In this document: positions 38,186 to 50,868 of the stretch, one piece after another
Numbering within the stretch: the first letter of the stretch is position 1
Layout: each line of letters starts with the position of its first letter
Assembly (NCBI RefSeq): GCF_963921235.1
Contig: NC_086109.1
Coordinates: forward strand, 15,254,001-15,318,000
Length of the DNA stretch: 64,000 bases
Origin: Mobula hypostoma
Taxonomy: Eukaryota
Direction of reading: 5' to 3'
Made by a program: the position numbers and the translations under genes
Notes under the pieces: generated by a model
Database searches by the model: none
What the model saw: the letters and a program-made list of their open reading frames with translations, nothing else
What the model was told of the DNA's origin: nothing

Positions 38186-40457
38186 TGTGGCAGGGCTTTA
38201 TCCATTCAACACGGACCGGTTATTGGTTGTAAAAGAAGTTTTGGGTAATGTGCCTCATCTGGGAGCATTTGGTGTAAATCAGATGATTATGAAAACTGAG
38301 TTTGAAACAGTTTTGCTGGTGGAAAATGCTGCCTCTGCACAACAATGACTAAGTGACAATAAACTGGGACCATTCTGTTTTATTGGAGTAACTAAATATG
38401 GCTATGTAAGTGCAGTGGCAAGCTATAAAATCTATGACATCATTGGATATACATAGAATACCTGGCCCATCATTCAATAAGATCGCGGATGATTTTTCAG
38501 CCAAGTGTCACTTTCCCGCACAAAGTCAAAGTTGAATTTATTCTCATTTGCACAAGCAAAAGTATACAATGAAAAACTTACTTGCAGCATCACAGGCACA
38601 GAGCATCATAGAAGCAGCATTCGCAAGAAAAACATATTTAAATATATACATAATTTTTACAAGAAAACACAATTAGAATGAAAAAGAAACAAACATATCA
38701 AATAGATGCCATCTACGAACCCTTAAGAGCCAAAGAAGTGTGAGCCTATAGAGCAATCCTGGAGAGATCCTCTAAACTTCCATGGCCCTCCTAAGCAGAG
38801 AATGTGAAACATTTACTTCTCATCTCTGTCTTTGCCAACCTTCTACATCTGTCTTCGCCAACCTTCTACATCTGTCTTCCTTTAAAATTCTCTTTAAATC
38901 CCATCTTGCGGCGATTAAGAAGGCAAATGTCATGTTCGCCTTTATAAAGAGCGGATTTGAATCCAGAAATGAGGAAGTCTTACTGGAATTGAATTGTATC
39001 TACATGAGACCATACTTGGAATATTGTGGACAATTTTAGTCTCCTTACCTCAGATTGTATGATTTAGCTCTGGAGGAACTGTAGCAATGTTTCAGGAGAC
39101 TGATTCCAGTAATGGGGTGTTTGCTTGAGTGCATTGGGATTCTCTAGAAGAATGAGAGAATATCTCATCAAAGCAAAAATATCTTTAAAGAACTTGACTG
39201 ACTAGATGTAGGGAAGCTGTTTCCCCAGACTGAACAGTTCAGAATTAAGGAGAGCATAGTTTCAGAATAAGAATTGGGTTTAATATCACTGGTATATGTT
39301 GTGAAATCCGGCGTTTCTTACTGGTAGTAATGAGAAGTAGGCATGTACTGGTGATTAGTGCTGCCTTTTTAAGGCATCACTCCTTAAAGATATCCTGGAT
39401 GCTGGGGAGGCTATTGCCATGATGGAGTTGACTGAGTTTAACCATCTACAGTTTACTTTGATCCTTTGCAGTGCACCCCCCATCCCCCACCCCACCATAT
39501 ATGATGGTTATGCAGCTGGTCAGACAGTTTAGGATGAGATGAGAAAACATTCTTTCGGTCAGAGAGCGATGAACCTTCGGAAAGCTGTGCGGGCTCAGTC
39601 GCTGAGTTAACTCAAAGCAGAGATTGATAGATTTCTGGAAAATAAGTAAATCAGGGAAGGTGGGGAGTATGGTGGAAAATGGCATCAAGAGAGAAGGTCA
39701 GTCGTGGCCTTGGTGAGAGGTAGAGGAGTCTCAAAGGGCCAGTGGCTTACTTGTGCTTCCATTTCTTATGTTCTTATCTGCACTAACATCTCACGTAGAC
39801 CAGAGTTGAATTTTGTTCTTCTCCACTCTTGTGTGTTCCCTGGAACATTCAAAAGTAATAAACACAAATTGCAATTGCTTCCCCTATTAGATCACTTTTA
39901 GAATTGTTTTAACTTTATATTAGAATTTTGTCTATTTAAACTAAGAAGAGGAAACTTCGATGAAATCTCATTATAAAGAATTAACCTGTTTTCCTTCTGC
40001 TAATGTCTAGCATTTGGCAAGGATTAATGGGTTAGGGAGGGAGAAATGTGCTTTGGGAAAGTGTCAGGTGTAAATTGTCTGCTTCGCAGCTTTTCCCACC
40101 TGCTTTTGCATTGTTGGTTGGCAGAAAACTGCACAAATAACTGGTCTGTCCTTTTGGCACACTGCGATTTACAGAAGATAATTACAGATGTCTCTGCCTG
40201 CTCATCGTAATGATAAATTGTACATCTTTGACTTCTGAAGCAGATCAATAACACTGCTATTGTACAATGTGATTAATGGCCCGGTGATCTGGTTGGTCAA
40301 CAATGTTTCTTGTTTTTCAGTCAAGAGATCCTGAGATAGAAAGAAAGAAGAGTGCTGTGCAAAGTAAAATACCAGATATACTGCAAAGGAGTTTAACATG
40401 ACTCTCTATACCTTCATCCCCAATCGTTTTAACAGGTCAGGTAGGATAGGGGTGAGG

Positions 40458-40845
40458 GTGGCAGAATGGAGATACGTCTCCACCAAAGGAGGTGCAGGGT
40501 GCTGTTTCCCTCTGCCAACCTGCAGGTCACCCTTGGGCAAGGTGTAGCACCTGTTTAGCTCCCCTGATCAGGGTCATGTGAAATCATGGGGGCAGGGGTG
40601 GATAGTTGCATGAGTAGCTGGTGCATATCACAAGTCCTGGTTCTGTGACACTGATGCCAGGCAGACAATCTTTGGAGAGTATTGATCATGGCTGGTGTCA
40701 CCCATCTAGTAAAGACACTGCCCAGGAGAAGACAATGGCAAACCACTTCTGTACAAAAATTTGCCAAGAACAATCATGGTCATGGAAAGACTGTGATCAT
40801 CCATGCCATACGACATGGCACATAATGACGATGATGAGGATGATA
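40458..40845 (+). mobile_element. RTE-tailed SINE-like element
   Basis: ATGGCAAACCACTTC (BovB/RTE-like 3' motif), (GAT)n tail; homologues at 54875-55228 and 59345-59732. Confidence 0.7.
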
Positions 40846-41080
40846 GGGATGAGGAGGGGAGAGAGAGAGAGGGTGAGGGAGAGGGTAGTGAGAGAGAGAG
40901 AAAGAGATAAGATGGGTGAGAGAGCGCAGGAGAGAGAGAGACTGAGAAGGAGGGTGAGGAAGTGTGGGAGAGGATAGAGACAGAACAGGTGGGGGAGAGA
41001 GAAGAGAGAGAATGAGGATAAAAAAAGAGAAAGAGGAAGGGAGTCATAAGAAAGAGAGAGATTTACAGTATAAAAAAAGA
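40845..41080. repeat. GA-rich low-complexity tract
   Basis: Imperfect (GA)n polypurine run. Confidence 0.9.
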
Positions 41081-41947
41081 AACTTCCACTCAATTGTGCA
41101 AGTTTTCTGGCTCATGAGGCAAGGTAAAATTAGAATGCTAAACTTATTATACACATGTGGATAGAATAATAGAGTTTACAGTGGCAGGGTAACTGTATCA
41201 AAAAGGAGATTGAATGGCTGGGAACTAAATGGCTGACATAAACCTACTGTCAAAGCATGAATAATTGCTTGAAAAAAGACAGATTTGGAGGAGGGATGCA
41301 AGATGTAGGTGAGTAATTTTTTTTGACTGCACAAGCTAATTCACTTTAATCTACTTCCTTCCATGTAATCTAATGCTGATCCCAGCAATCTGAAAAGCTT
41401 CCGTCATCCATGCCCTTCTGTTTGAAAATCTCCTTTGTCCAATCCGCCCTGCCATCCAATTCCATATAATTTGATTCCCAGCCATTCGATCTCCTCTGGA
41501 ACTTCTCTTCTATGTTACACTAACCCTGCCACTGCAAACTCTACTATTCTGTCCACCAATGTATAATAAATTGAGTAGATTAATTTTACCCTCCCCTTGA
41601 GCCAGAAAATCTACACAATTGAGTCAAATTCCTGTTTAATACCCTGCAATGTTCTTTCAACAGATTTCAGTGGATGGAAACATTGAGTGGGGTGTAAAGG
41701 AAGCAGAAAACTTGCATTTTTGTTTATTGCCTTTCTTGAGCATCATATGTTACCAGTATAAAAGAGAAATCACCAGCCAGTTTGTATACAAGCAAAGTTA
41801 TCCAAAGAGCAAACTGACAATGACCAGATTTTTATAATGTTCAATGTAAGGTGATGAGTTAGCATAGAACATGGAACATCACAGCACAGTACATGGCATT
41901 GTGCTGGCCTTTTAACTCCTACATGGCCCTCCATTTTTCTATTGCTG

Positions 41948-42640
41948 ATAGACAATAGACAATAGGTGCAGGAGTAGGCCATTCAGCCCTTCGAGCCAGC
42001 ACCGCCATTCACTGTGATCATGGCTGATCATCCACAATCAGTATCCAGTTCCTGCCTTATCCCCATAACCTTTGATTCCACTATCTTTAAGAGCTCTATT
42101 CATCTCTTTCTTGAAAGCATCCAGAGACTTGGCCTCCACAGCCTTCTGGGGCAGAGCATTCCATATATTCACCACTCTCTGGGTGAAAAAGTTTTTCCTC
42201 AACTCCGTTCTAAATGGCCTACCCCTGATTCTTAAACTGTGGCATCTGGTTCTGGACTCACCCATCAGCTGGAACATGCTTCCTGCCTGCAGCGTGTCCA
42301 ATCCCTTAATAATCTTATATGTTTCAATAAGATCCCCTCTCAGCCTTCTAAATTCCAGTGTCTACAAGCCCAGTCGCTCCAATCTTTCAACATATGACCG
42401 TCCCGCCATCCCAGGAATTAACCTTGTGAACCTATGCTGCACTCCCTCAATAGCAAGAATGTCCTTCCTCAAATTTGGAGACCAAAACTGCACACAGTAC
42501 TCCAGGTGTGATCTCACCAGGGCCCTGTACAGCTGCAGAAGGACCTCTTTGCTCTTATACTCAATTCCCCTTGTTATGAAGGCCAGCATGCCATTAGCTT
42601 TCTTCACTGCCTCCTGTACATGCATGCTTGCTTTCAGTGA
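41948..42640 (-). mobile_element. Young-looking CR1 3' fragment nested in an older CR1 end (41860-42845)
   Basis: VKKANGMLAFITRGIEYKSKEVLLQLYRALVRSHLEYCVQFWSP..FFTQRVVNIWNALP; (CTATTGT)n tail. Confidence 0.93.
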
Positions 42641-42919
42641 CTGATGTGCTTATCTAAATGCCCCCAACGTATCTGGCTCTACCAGCACCCCTGGCAGGGT
42701 GTTCCATGCACCCACCACTCTGTCTAAAATAAATTATCTATGACATCCCCCCTTTACATTCCTCCAAACACCTTAAAATTATGCCCCTTGGTATTGGTCA
42801 CCCCCAACCTGCGAAATAGTCTCTAGCTCTCCTCTCGATCTACACGTTTGTACTTTGAGCAAAATTTCCTGATTTCTATTGATCACAATCCTGCACTGTT
42901 CAGTCTCCTGACTTTTTAT

Positions 42920-43712
42920 ACCTTATATTTTATTGTTGCCAAACAATTGATACTAGAATGTACAATCATCACAACGATATTTGATTCTGCGCTTCCTGCT
43001 CCCTGGATTACAAATATTAAATATTAAAAATAGTAAAAATTAGTAAATATTAAAACATTAAATTATAAATCATAAATAAAAAATAGAAAAGGAAAAGTAA
43101 GGTAGTGCAAAAAAACCGAGAGGCAGGTCTGGATATTTGGAGGGTACGGCCCAGATCCGGGTCAGGATCCGTTCAGCAGTCTTATGGAAAGAAGATGTTC
43201 CCAAATCTGGCCGTACGAGTCTTCATGCTCCTGAGCCTTCTCCTGGAGGGAAGAGGGATGAAAAGTGTGTTGGCTGGGTGGGTTGTGTCCTTGATTATCC
43301 TGGCAGCACTGCTCCGACAGCGTGCCATGTAAAGTGAGTCCACGGTTGGAAGATTGGTTTGTGTGATGTGCTGCGCTGTGTTCACGATCTTCTGCAGCTT
43401 CTTTCGGTCTTGGGCGGGACAACTTCCATATCAGGTTGTGATGCACCCTAGAAGAACGCTTTCTATGGTGCATCTATAAAAATTAGTGAGGGTTTTAGGG
43501 GACAGGCGAAATTTCTTTAGTTTTCTCAGGAAGTAAAGGCGCTGGTGGGCCTTCTTGGCAGTGAACTCTGCTTGGTTGGACCAAGTCAGGTCATTTGTGA
43601 CATTGAGCCCGAGGAACTTAAAGCTTTTGACTTGTTCCACTTGCGCACCACCGACGTAAATTGGGTTGTGTAGTCTGCTACTCCTTCTGAAGTCAATAAC
43701 CAATTCCTTGCT
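42920..43712 (-). mobile_element. Rex1/Babar 3' fragment
   Basis: KELVIDFRR..FKFLG..AHQRLYFLRKLKK..FYRCTIES. Confidence 0.9.
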
Positions 43713-44564
43713 GTGTAAGGCACTGAGATTCAATCAGTTGGCCAAGTACATGTGTGAAAATTTATCCTTTTCAATGAAATTGCATGCAACCAAAATTGCT
43801 GATGACATCTCAAGAAAGCAGGATATTGACTCCATTTACCACTGTGGTCATGCTTCTTTATCCAGTGAGGGTGATTGACAGAATTTCATTGAGAGTGACT
43901 GTAAAAGGAAGAGAAGAAAAGAACCGAACCTTTCGGAGCTCAATATAACACAAAATTAATACAGATTTCACAAAAGGATTCACTGCCTAATATTATTCTG
44001 GATGGCCAAATCAATCAGTGATAACTCAAGCAAGTAATGAAAAGATAAAAATGTCTTTTAAAGAGTATTGAGGGATATTCTTAAACCTTTTCATGACCTT
44101 TAAGTTGTGATAATCATGTCCAAGGACAGTGATTACAGCTTCCAAAAATTAAAGAGGTATTCGGTGACCTTTAGCAGGTCTGATCTTCTTTTATCGAATC
44201 ACTGGCTCAATGAATGTTGAATTTTGTACAATGATGCTCCAGTAAAGAACATTTTTGCCACTTTTACAGGCATTACATCAATGGAAGTTATTGTTGAGAT
44301 AAAGAAAGCTTTGTAGTTCTTTGGTAGCTGTCATAGTTACATAGGAATGGAGACAGGCTAATCAGACCAGGAGCCTGTTATGTCTCTTAATTAGATCATG
44401 GCTGTTCTGCTGTTAAGCTCCATTCAGCATGTCTCAGAGTGCACTACAGATGACCAAGTCAGTTGGGAGAGGGCTCACAATTGTAATGTAGGAAAAGATG
44501 AGCCAATATGAGCACAATTTAATAAATATTGAATGATAATGACCAGAAACTTGTAATACGATCT

Positions 44565-45140
44565 AGTTCAAAGTTCAAAGAAAAATTTATTATCAGAGTA
44601 CATACACCACATACAACCCTGAGATTCTTTATTCTGTGGGCATACACAGCAAACCTATAGAATGGTAACAGTAAACAGGATCAATGAAAGAGCAGGAGCA
44701 TAGAAGGCAACAAACTGTGCAAATGTAACTATAAATAGATAACAAATAATGAGAGCCTGAAATATCAAGATAAAGAGTCCTTAAAGTGAGATCATTGGTT
44801 GTGGGAACATCTCAATAGATGAGTATAGTTATCCTCTTTTGTTCAAGAGCCTGATGGTTGAGGGGTAATAACTGTTCTTGAACCTGGTGGCACGAGTCAT
44901 GAGGCTCTTGTACCTTCTACCTGATGGCAGCAGCAAGAAGAGAGCATGGCCCTGGTGGTGAGGATCTCAGATAGCGGATGCTGCTTTCCTATGGCAGTGT
45001 TTCATGTCGATGTGCTCAATGGTGGGGAGGGCTTTATTCATGATGCACCGAGCAAACCCACTCCCTTTTGTAGGATTTTCTGTTCAAAGACATTGGTGTT
45101 TCCATACCAGGCTGTAATGCTTCCAATCAACACTGTCTGA
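44565..45140 (-). mobile_element. Rex1/Babar 3' fragment
   Basis: (TTTGAAC)n tail; ITAWYG motif on minus strand. Confidence 0.8.
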
Positions 45141-46054
45141 GAGACAATTGACCATGGTATTGCAGTGACTAAACATAAGAGATTCTGCAGAAACATCTGA
45201 GGACCATTGATCTGATTTTGCCTCTTATGCAGTCCTCACATCTTTTGCTTCATTTTCATCCACTATATCTTCAGCTATCTTCCTCCAAATCCATGCCCTG
45301 CAATTCCCTCATTAAAATTCCTCTCCACATTTCCTCTTCTAAGACATTTTTAAAAACTTACCATCTGATTAAGGTTTTAGTCACTGTCTTAATGCCTCCT
45401 TATTTTGTTCCATGCTATTTTCTGACAGATAACGCTCCTGTGAAGCTTGTTAGGATGCTTTACTAAGTTAAAAGCACTATATAAATTCAAATGATTGAAT
45501 TTTACCCGAACTAACAGCGATCATGCGGTGAATGTGTGGGTATGCTTTACCTCAGGCATACTGTGCAAAGCTGGTCGTTACATGAGTCACGTTGCATTCT
45601 GAGGGTAGACTTCAGAAGGCAGAAGGTTATAACATTTATTTCAATGGGTGAGCTCATCCTGATAACTCATGAGGGACACAGCAATATAATCATGTGTGAG
45701 ATTTCCACCATCTCATGAATAGAAATGAATTTTATATCCTTCCTTGCCTGTGTATGATATTTGTGTTCTTTATATCAAAGTATAATTTGCTATGGTTTTG
45801 GAAGATAAGTTTTCATGTTTTGCTAGATAAGCAAAAACAGTAAAAAAAGATTGTCAGACACGTCAATTAAAACTTAAGTTGCTTTGACCAAAAAATAGTG
45901 GCATGCAGTGCATGGTTTTTATGGACCACAAATAGAAATGAATTAAAATAAAATTGGAATATTCTGTTGCTGCCTCCTGGGAATAGAACATGGATACGAG
46001 TTTGAATTGAAAATTCGTGCTTATAATTCACCTTTGCATATAGGTCAATGAGTG

Positions 46055-46760
46055 TTTGAAGTTCAAAATTCAAACTAAATTTATTATCAAAGTACTTGTA
46101 TGTCACATATACTACCCTGAGATTCATTTTCTTGTGGGCATACTCAATAAGACCAGTGACCATAATGGAATCAATGAATGATTGCCCCAACGGGATGGAC
46201 AGCTAGAGCAAAAAAGACAAAAAACTGTGCAAATATGAAAAGAGAGAAAGAAAAGAGATAGTAATAATAAATAAATATGCAATAAATATTGAGAACATGA
46301 GATGAAGAATCTTTGAAAGTGAGTCTATTGGTTGTGGGAACATTTCAATGATGGGGCAAATGAAGTTGAGTGAAGTTATCCCCTTAGGTTCAAGAGCCTG
46401 ATGGCTGAAGGGGAATAACTATTCCTGAACCTGGTGGTGTGGGTCCTGAGGCTCCTGTACCACCTTCCTGATTGCAGCAGTGAGAAGAGAGCATGAACTG
46501 GGTGATGGAGCCCCTGCTGACAGATGCTGCTTTCCTGCAATGATGCTTTGTGTAGATGTGCTCAATGGTGGGGAGGACTTCACCCATAATGGACTGGGAC
46601 ATATTCACTACTTTTTGTAGGAATTTCCATTTGAGTGCGCTGGAGTTTCCATACCAGGCTGTGATGCAGCCAGTCAATATACCCTCTGCCGCACATCTAT
46701 ATAGATTTTTCAGAGTTCCAGATGTTACGACGAATCTTCGTAAGCTTCTAAGGAAGTAGT
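46055..46760 (-). mobile_element. Rex1/Babar 3' fragment
   Basis: TGCITAWYGN..LQKVV..LPTIEHIY; 3' UTR and tail. Confidence 0.85.
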
Positions 46761-46839
46761 CTTCTGTTGCTGTAGCCCTTTCACTTTAATGATGGACGTG
46801 TTGTGCATTGAGAAATGTTCTTCTGCATACCACTGTTGT

Positions 46840-47380
46840 CTGACTGTCTGAGGACTCCACTGGTCAGAACTGACCATGGAGATTGCATCCTAGCTGTCTA
46901 GATACACAACCCTGGTCAGTATGAGCAAGCTGTTGCCTATGTAGCAAGCTCCCCCTCTCCAAGCATCTGATGAACCCAAAGGAATGGCAGAGTCTGATAC
47001 AGTTTTGTACCAGCAGCGTTGCAGCAGTTACCAATCAGCAGTGAACTCAATGTGAGACTGTGTTGGGGATGCCAGCTCCAGATTTTTCCCTTGGGGTTTA
47101 CTCCCGAAGCCTTCCCCGTGAGTGGGTAAAGCCTTCCCCAGCAGAGGTTTGAGATCAGAGTTTTCCTTCTCCTAGATGAGCTGCCAACCACGGCTGATGA
47201 GCCCTATCTGACTGAAGTGACTGGTTTTAGGGTGCCAGTAACACACTTTTGCCCCTTCTGTCAGGTGAAACAGCTCTGCCTTGCTTAGTAACTAAGTCAC
47301 ACATGAAGGCCAGGAACTGCACTTGGCTGTCAGAGGCTACTTGAGATGCATGCCATTGGGGGCATTTAATAGGTAGTTGG
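46840..47380 (-). mobile_element. Non-autonomous RTE-like element
   Basis: Non-coding repeat; partial homologue at ~27570-27790. Family assignment tentative. Confidence 0.45.
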
Positions 47381-47639
47381 CCCATTTGTAAATCTGGACT
47401 GAAAAAACTGTGTTATATCTGGGGCTGGCCATTCACTACTGTAGTAGAGTGTTAGCTAGTATGATTCCCATACTCTAATCACACACTGCTGCAATTCCTG
47501 TCAATTAGGATATGATTTTCAATGGGGTAAAGTTCAGAATCTACCCTTTCCAATGGTCTTGGCTGCATTCTCTAGCCCACATCTCACCTGAGTTAATTTC
47601 TGCCCCACATTATGGACCTTCAGGCAGGAGTCAGGTTTA

Positions 47640-49815
47640 ACCTCGGTTATGATGACATCATAACTTTCCCCTTTATTGATCGCAGTGCTTGAGGTTGGAA
47701 TTAAACAATAGGTGATTGAGTGTCGTCGTTAACCCATAATGAAAATGACAGAAGGAGACCAAAGAAGTGTAGACAGTAGAGTGTGGAGAATCTGAAATAT
47801 GGATTTATACCAGCACCAAGCAACCAGCTAACGTGTCTGTTGTATGATAAAGTTTTTTTTTAATGAGGCAATGAAACCATCCAGACTCCTTGAACATTTG
47901 AAGAGAATACACTCAGTGGCTTCATGAAAATTTCAGAATAAGAAAACATTTCAAATACTGTTTGTCAGCACTTCGCAACAAAACAATGATGGTTTGTATG
48001 CTTCATACAACATTTCATTGCTCAATTGCTAAACCTGGAAAGACCCATACAAATGTAAAAAGGACTCAGCCTGAAATGTCAACTGTTTACTTTTTTCCAT
48101 AGATGCTGCCTGGCCTGCTGAATTCCCCCAGCACTTTGTGAGTTTTGCTTCGATTCTGCCAGCATATTCTGAGTACGATTTTGCATTAGTCATCAGACCA
48201 CTTAATTTAAATGATTTCATTCAGCAGCAAATCTGTTCAAAGACAAATAGATGAAATGTCTGAGAATGTGGAAGATACATTATGCAACATATTTTGGATA
48301 AAAGAATTTGCTCTGTAGTTGGATAAGTCAACTTGACCAGGAAATAAATCCTTGCCTCCTGGTTATGTTTACTGTATAAAAGATGAAAGCATGGTTCAGA
48401 TATGAAGGGGCAGTCAATATTTTGGGTTGTGTGCAATTTTTCAAAGAGAAGAACATTCTGCTCACCAACATTCTTGGTTGTGTAACAGATGGGGCACCAT
48501 CAATGACAGGCCACTACTGAGGGGTTATTACTTTCTTGATAAAAGCCATACCTAACGTAGTTACCTCTCACTATCTAATTCACAGACCACACCTTGCTGC
48601 AAGAAACCCACGTGATCGACTGCGCAAATTATTAAATACTGCTATCACAGCCATAAATAAAATCCAAGTCCAATGCTCTGAATTCTCGACTATTTTGCAA
48701 GTTTTGTATTGAGAATGATAAACAGTTTGAATACTTGCTGTTGCACACAGAAGTCAGACGACTCTCAAAAAGAAACTGCCCGAGATGCTTTTATGCATTT
48801 TCTGAAACTGTGATTAAATTTGTTGAAGACTTGCTTCATATAGTCATCAACTCAAGAATGTTAGGCACGACATTACTAATTGTCAGAATTATTTGCTAAG
48901 TTTAATGAACTCAATCTTCTATTGCATCAAAATGATGGGACTCTTATCGAAGACAAATCAGTCATCTACACATTTCTGTCCAAGTTAACCATATTTAATT
49001 GCAACATTGGCAATTGTGACCTTTTCCAGTTTTTGAGCCTCTCTGAGTTGAGAGAGAAAATGATGATCTTCAGGTATACTGTGCCCTCTTGGGTGAGCTG
49101 CATAAAGACACGCCAGAGAAATTTCAATATCTTCTCTCGATCCAATTTCCAGATGGGTAATAAATCTATTCTTGAACACTTGTAACGAGGAATTAACAGG
49201 AAGATGGAGGAAGAACTAATCTCACTACAAAATGACTTTGAGCTGAAGCTGAGGTTCAAAAAATCATATCAAGAGTTTTGGCTGCAGAAAGAAATCTCTG
49301 AACACTATCCTGCACTGTGGAAAAGGATCAAGAAGTTCTTTATCTCCTTTCCAACAATATATTTAGCGAAGAGTGGTTTCAGTGCAGTTGCCCAACTTCT
49401 TTCAAAGCAACAAAGCAAATTGCAAATTACTGAATGTGGGGATTTGAGACTTCTTCAGAGTGACATTTATCCTGACGTTGAGAAGCTGATATCACTGCAC
49501 CAAGCCCATTGATCTTATTGAAAGGTGAAAAAGCAATGAAGTAGTGAATAGTTGGACTACTAACATACACTCGAAAATTGTTGATGAAAATTGCTTTTAT
49601 CTGTAATTAAATAAATTTATTTATTTGTAGCTTTAAATAGATTTGCATATTTTTTCCAATTACTTGTCACTATTTTGAATTTGGGGTTTCTATTTTTTTT
49701 TCACTGTGCATTGCACATCAAAATTCCTTGTAGTTTTATGTAATGGCTGGAAAAGGAGAGGGGTGCACTAGGGATGTGGACTGGGAGCCATGGGGCTGGT
49801 AACCCCAAAAAATTT
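47640..49815 (+). pseudogene. Dead hAT (Charlie/Buster, SCAND3/ZBED5-like) transposase element
   Basis: LKYGFI..CLL..NEAMKPSRLLEHL (BED finger), AL*LDKST, TDGAPSMTG, HYLIH, LLLHTEVR, FPTIYLAKSGFS, GDLRL..PDVEKL; frameshifts; Penelope remnant inserted ~48060-48145. Confidence 0.9.
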
Positions 49816-50868
49816 ATGTTTGGTCAATATTTTAGTGCTTTGAAAATTGTGTTATTTTCACAGACTTCATCTTACACCTGATCCACACAGAAAAATAAAA
49901 TTACATCTTGGTCAAGGACAGATGAAATGGACATGGGTTCCTCACAGACCCATTTTAACTTGTTTTATTTGAGGTGCAATATCTAGGGAGCAGAGTATAT
50001 AAAAATAATCTCCTGAGAAGTATGAAATCTGAGCAAATTACATGATCTTTTAGGAAAGCAGATCAATATTGTGCCTATAGCAACTCACACTTCTGATAAA
50101 TTCTGAGAATTTATCGATTTGCTCTCAATTTTCTTACTGCCGTAAACACACACACAGCCATTCGCTAAATAATTATTAGAATTTCTGAAAGGAGCTTCGG
50201 CCAGTGAATACTTAAGGGAAAACAAAAATGAAAGACTGGCATAATATAAAGATTTTCCCTCAGCTGCCTGTGCTAAATTCACAATGTTGCAGGTGCTGTT
50301 TGTTTTTGCTTGTTGAGAGATTTCTAAAGCAATTGTATGTTGGTTATAAAATGGAGAGGGGATCTGAATGCTGCCTGCTCTGCTGAGTATCCATTGTCAA
50401 GGACTTCCATCATCCAGGCCATGCTCCCATGGGAAGGGTTACGTCCCACACCACCAGGTTCAGGAACACTTATTACTCTTCAGCCATTGGGCTCCTGAAC
50501 CAGCACTCAGCTGATTCCACAACCTATGGACTCACTTTCAAGGATTCTGCAACTCATATCATCAGTATTATTTATTTACCTACAGAATCATAGAAAAGCA
50601 CAGCACTAAAACAGGCCCTTCAGCCCATCTAGTCCATGCCAAACCACCTCTGACCTACACCGGAACCATAGCCCTCCATACCCCTACCATCCATGTACCC
50701 ATCCCAATCTTCTCGTAAATGTTGAAATCGAGCTTGCACGCACCACTTGTGGTGGCAGCTCACTTCACACTCTCACGACCCTTTGAGTGAAGAAATTTGC
50801 CCTCCTGTTCCCCTTAAACTTTTTCACCTTTCACCCTTCACCAGGACCTCCAGATGTAGTTCCACCCA

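Noticed and set aside
38834..38879. 23-bp tandem duplication as a CRISPR-like array
   Set aside because: Only two adjacent units, no spacers, eukaryotic context.
40458..40570. HDV-like ribozyme in the SINE head
   Set aside because: A P1-like pairing (GGTGGC/GTCACC) exists, but I could not place P2, P3/L3 and J4/2.
40621..41164. Arg/Glu-rich or Leu/Ser-rich ORFs
   Set aside because: Artefacts of the GA low-complexity tract.
42072..42644. 190-aa + strand ORF
   Set aside because: Antisense shadow of a CR1 ORF2 fragment.
48880..49512. Domesticated ZBED5/SCAND3-like gene
   Set aside because: Stops, frameshifts, an inserted repeat and substituted catalytic residues.
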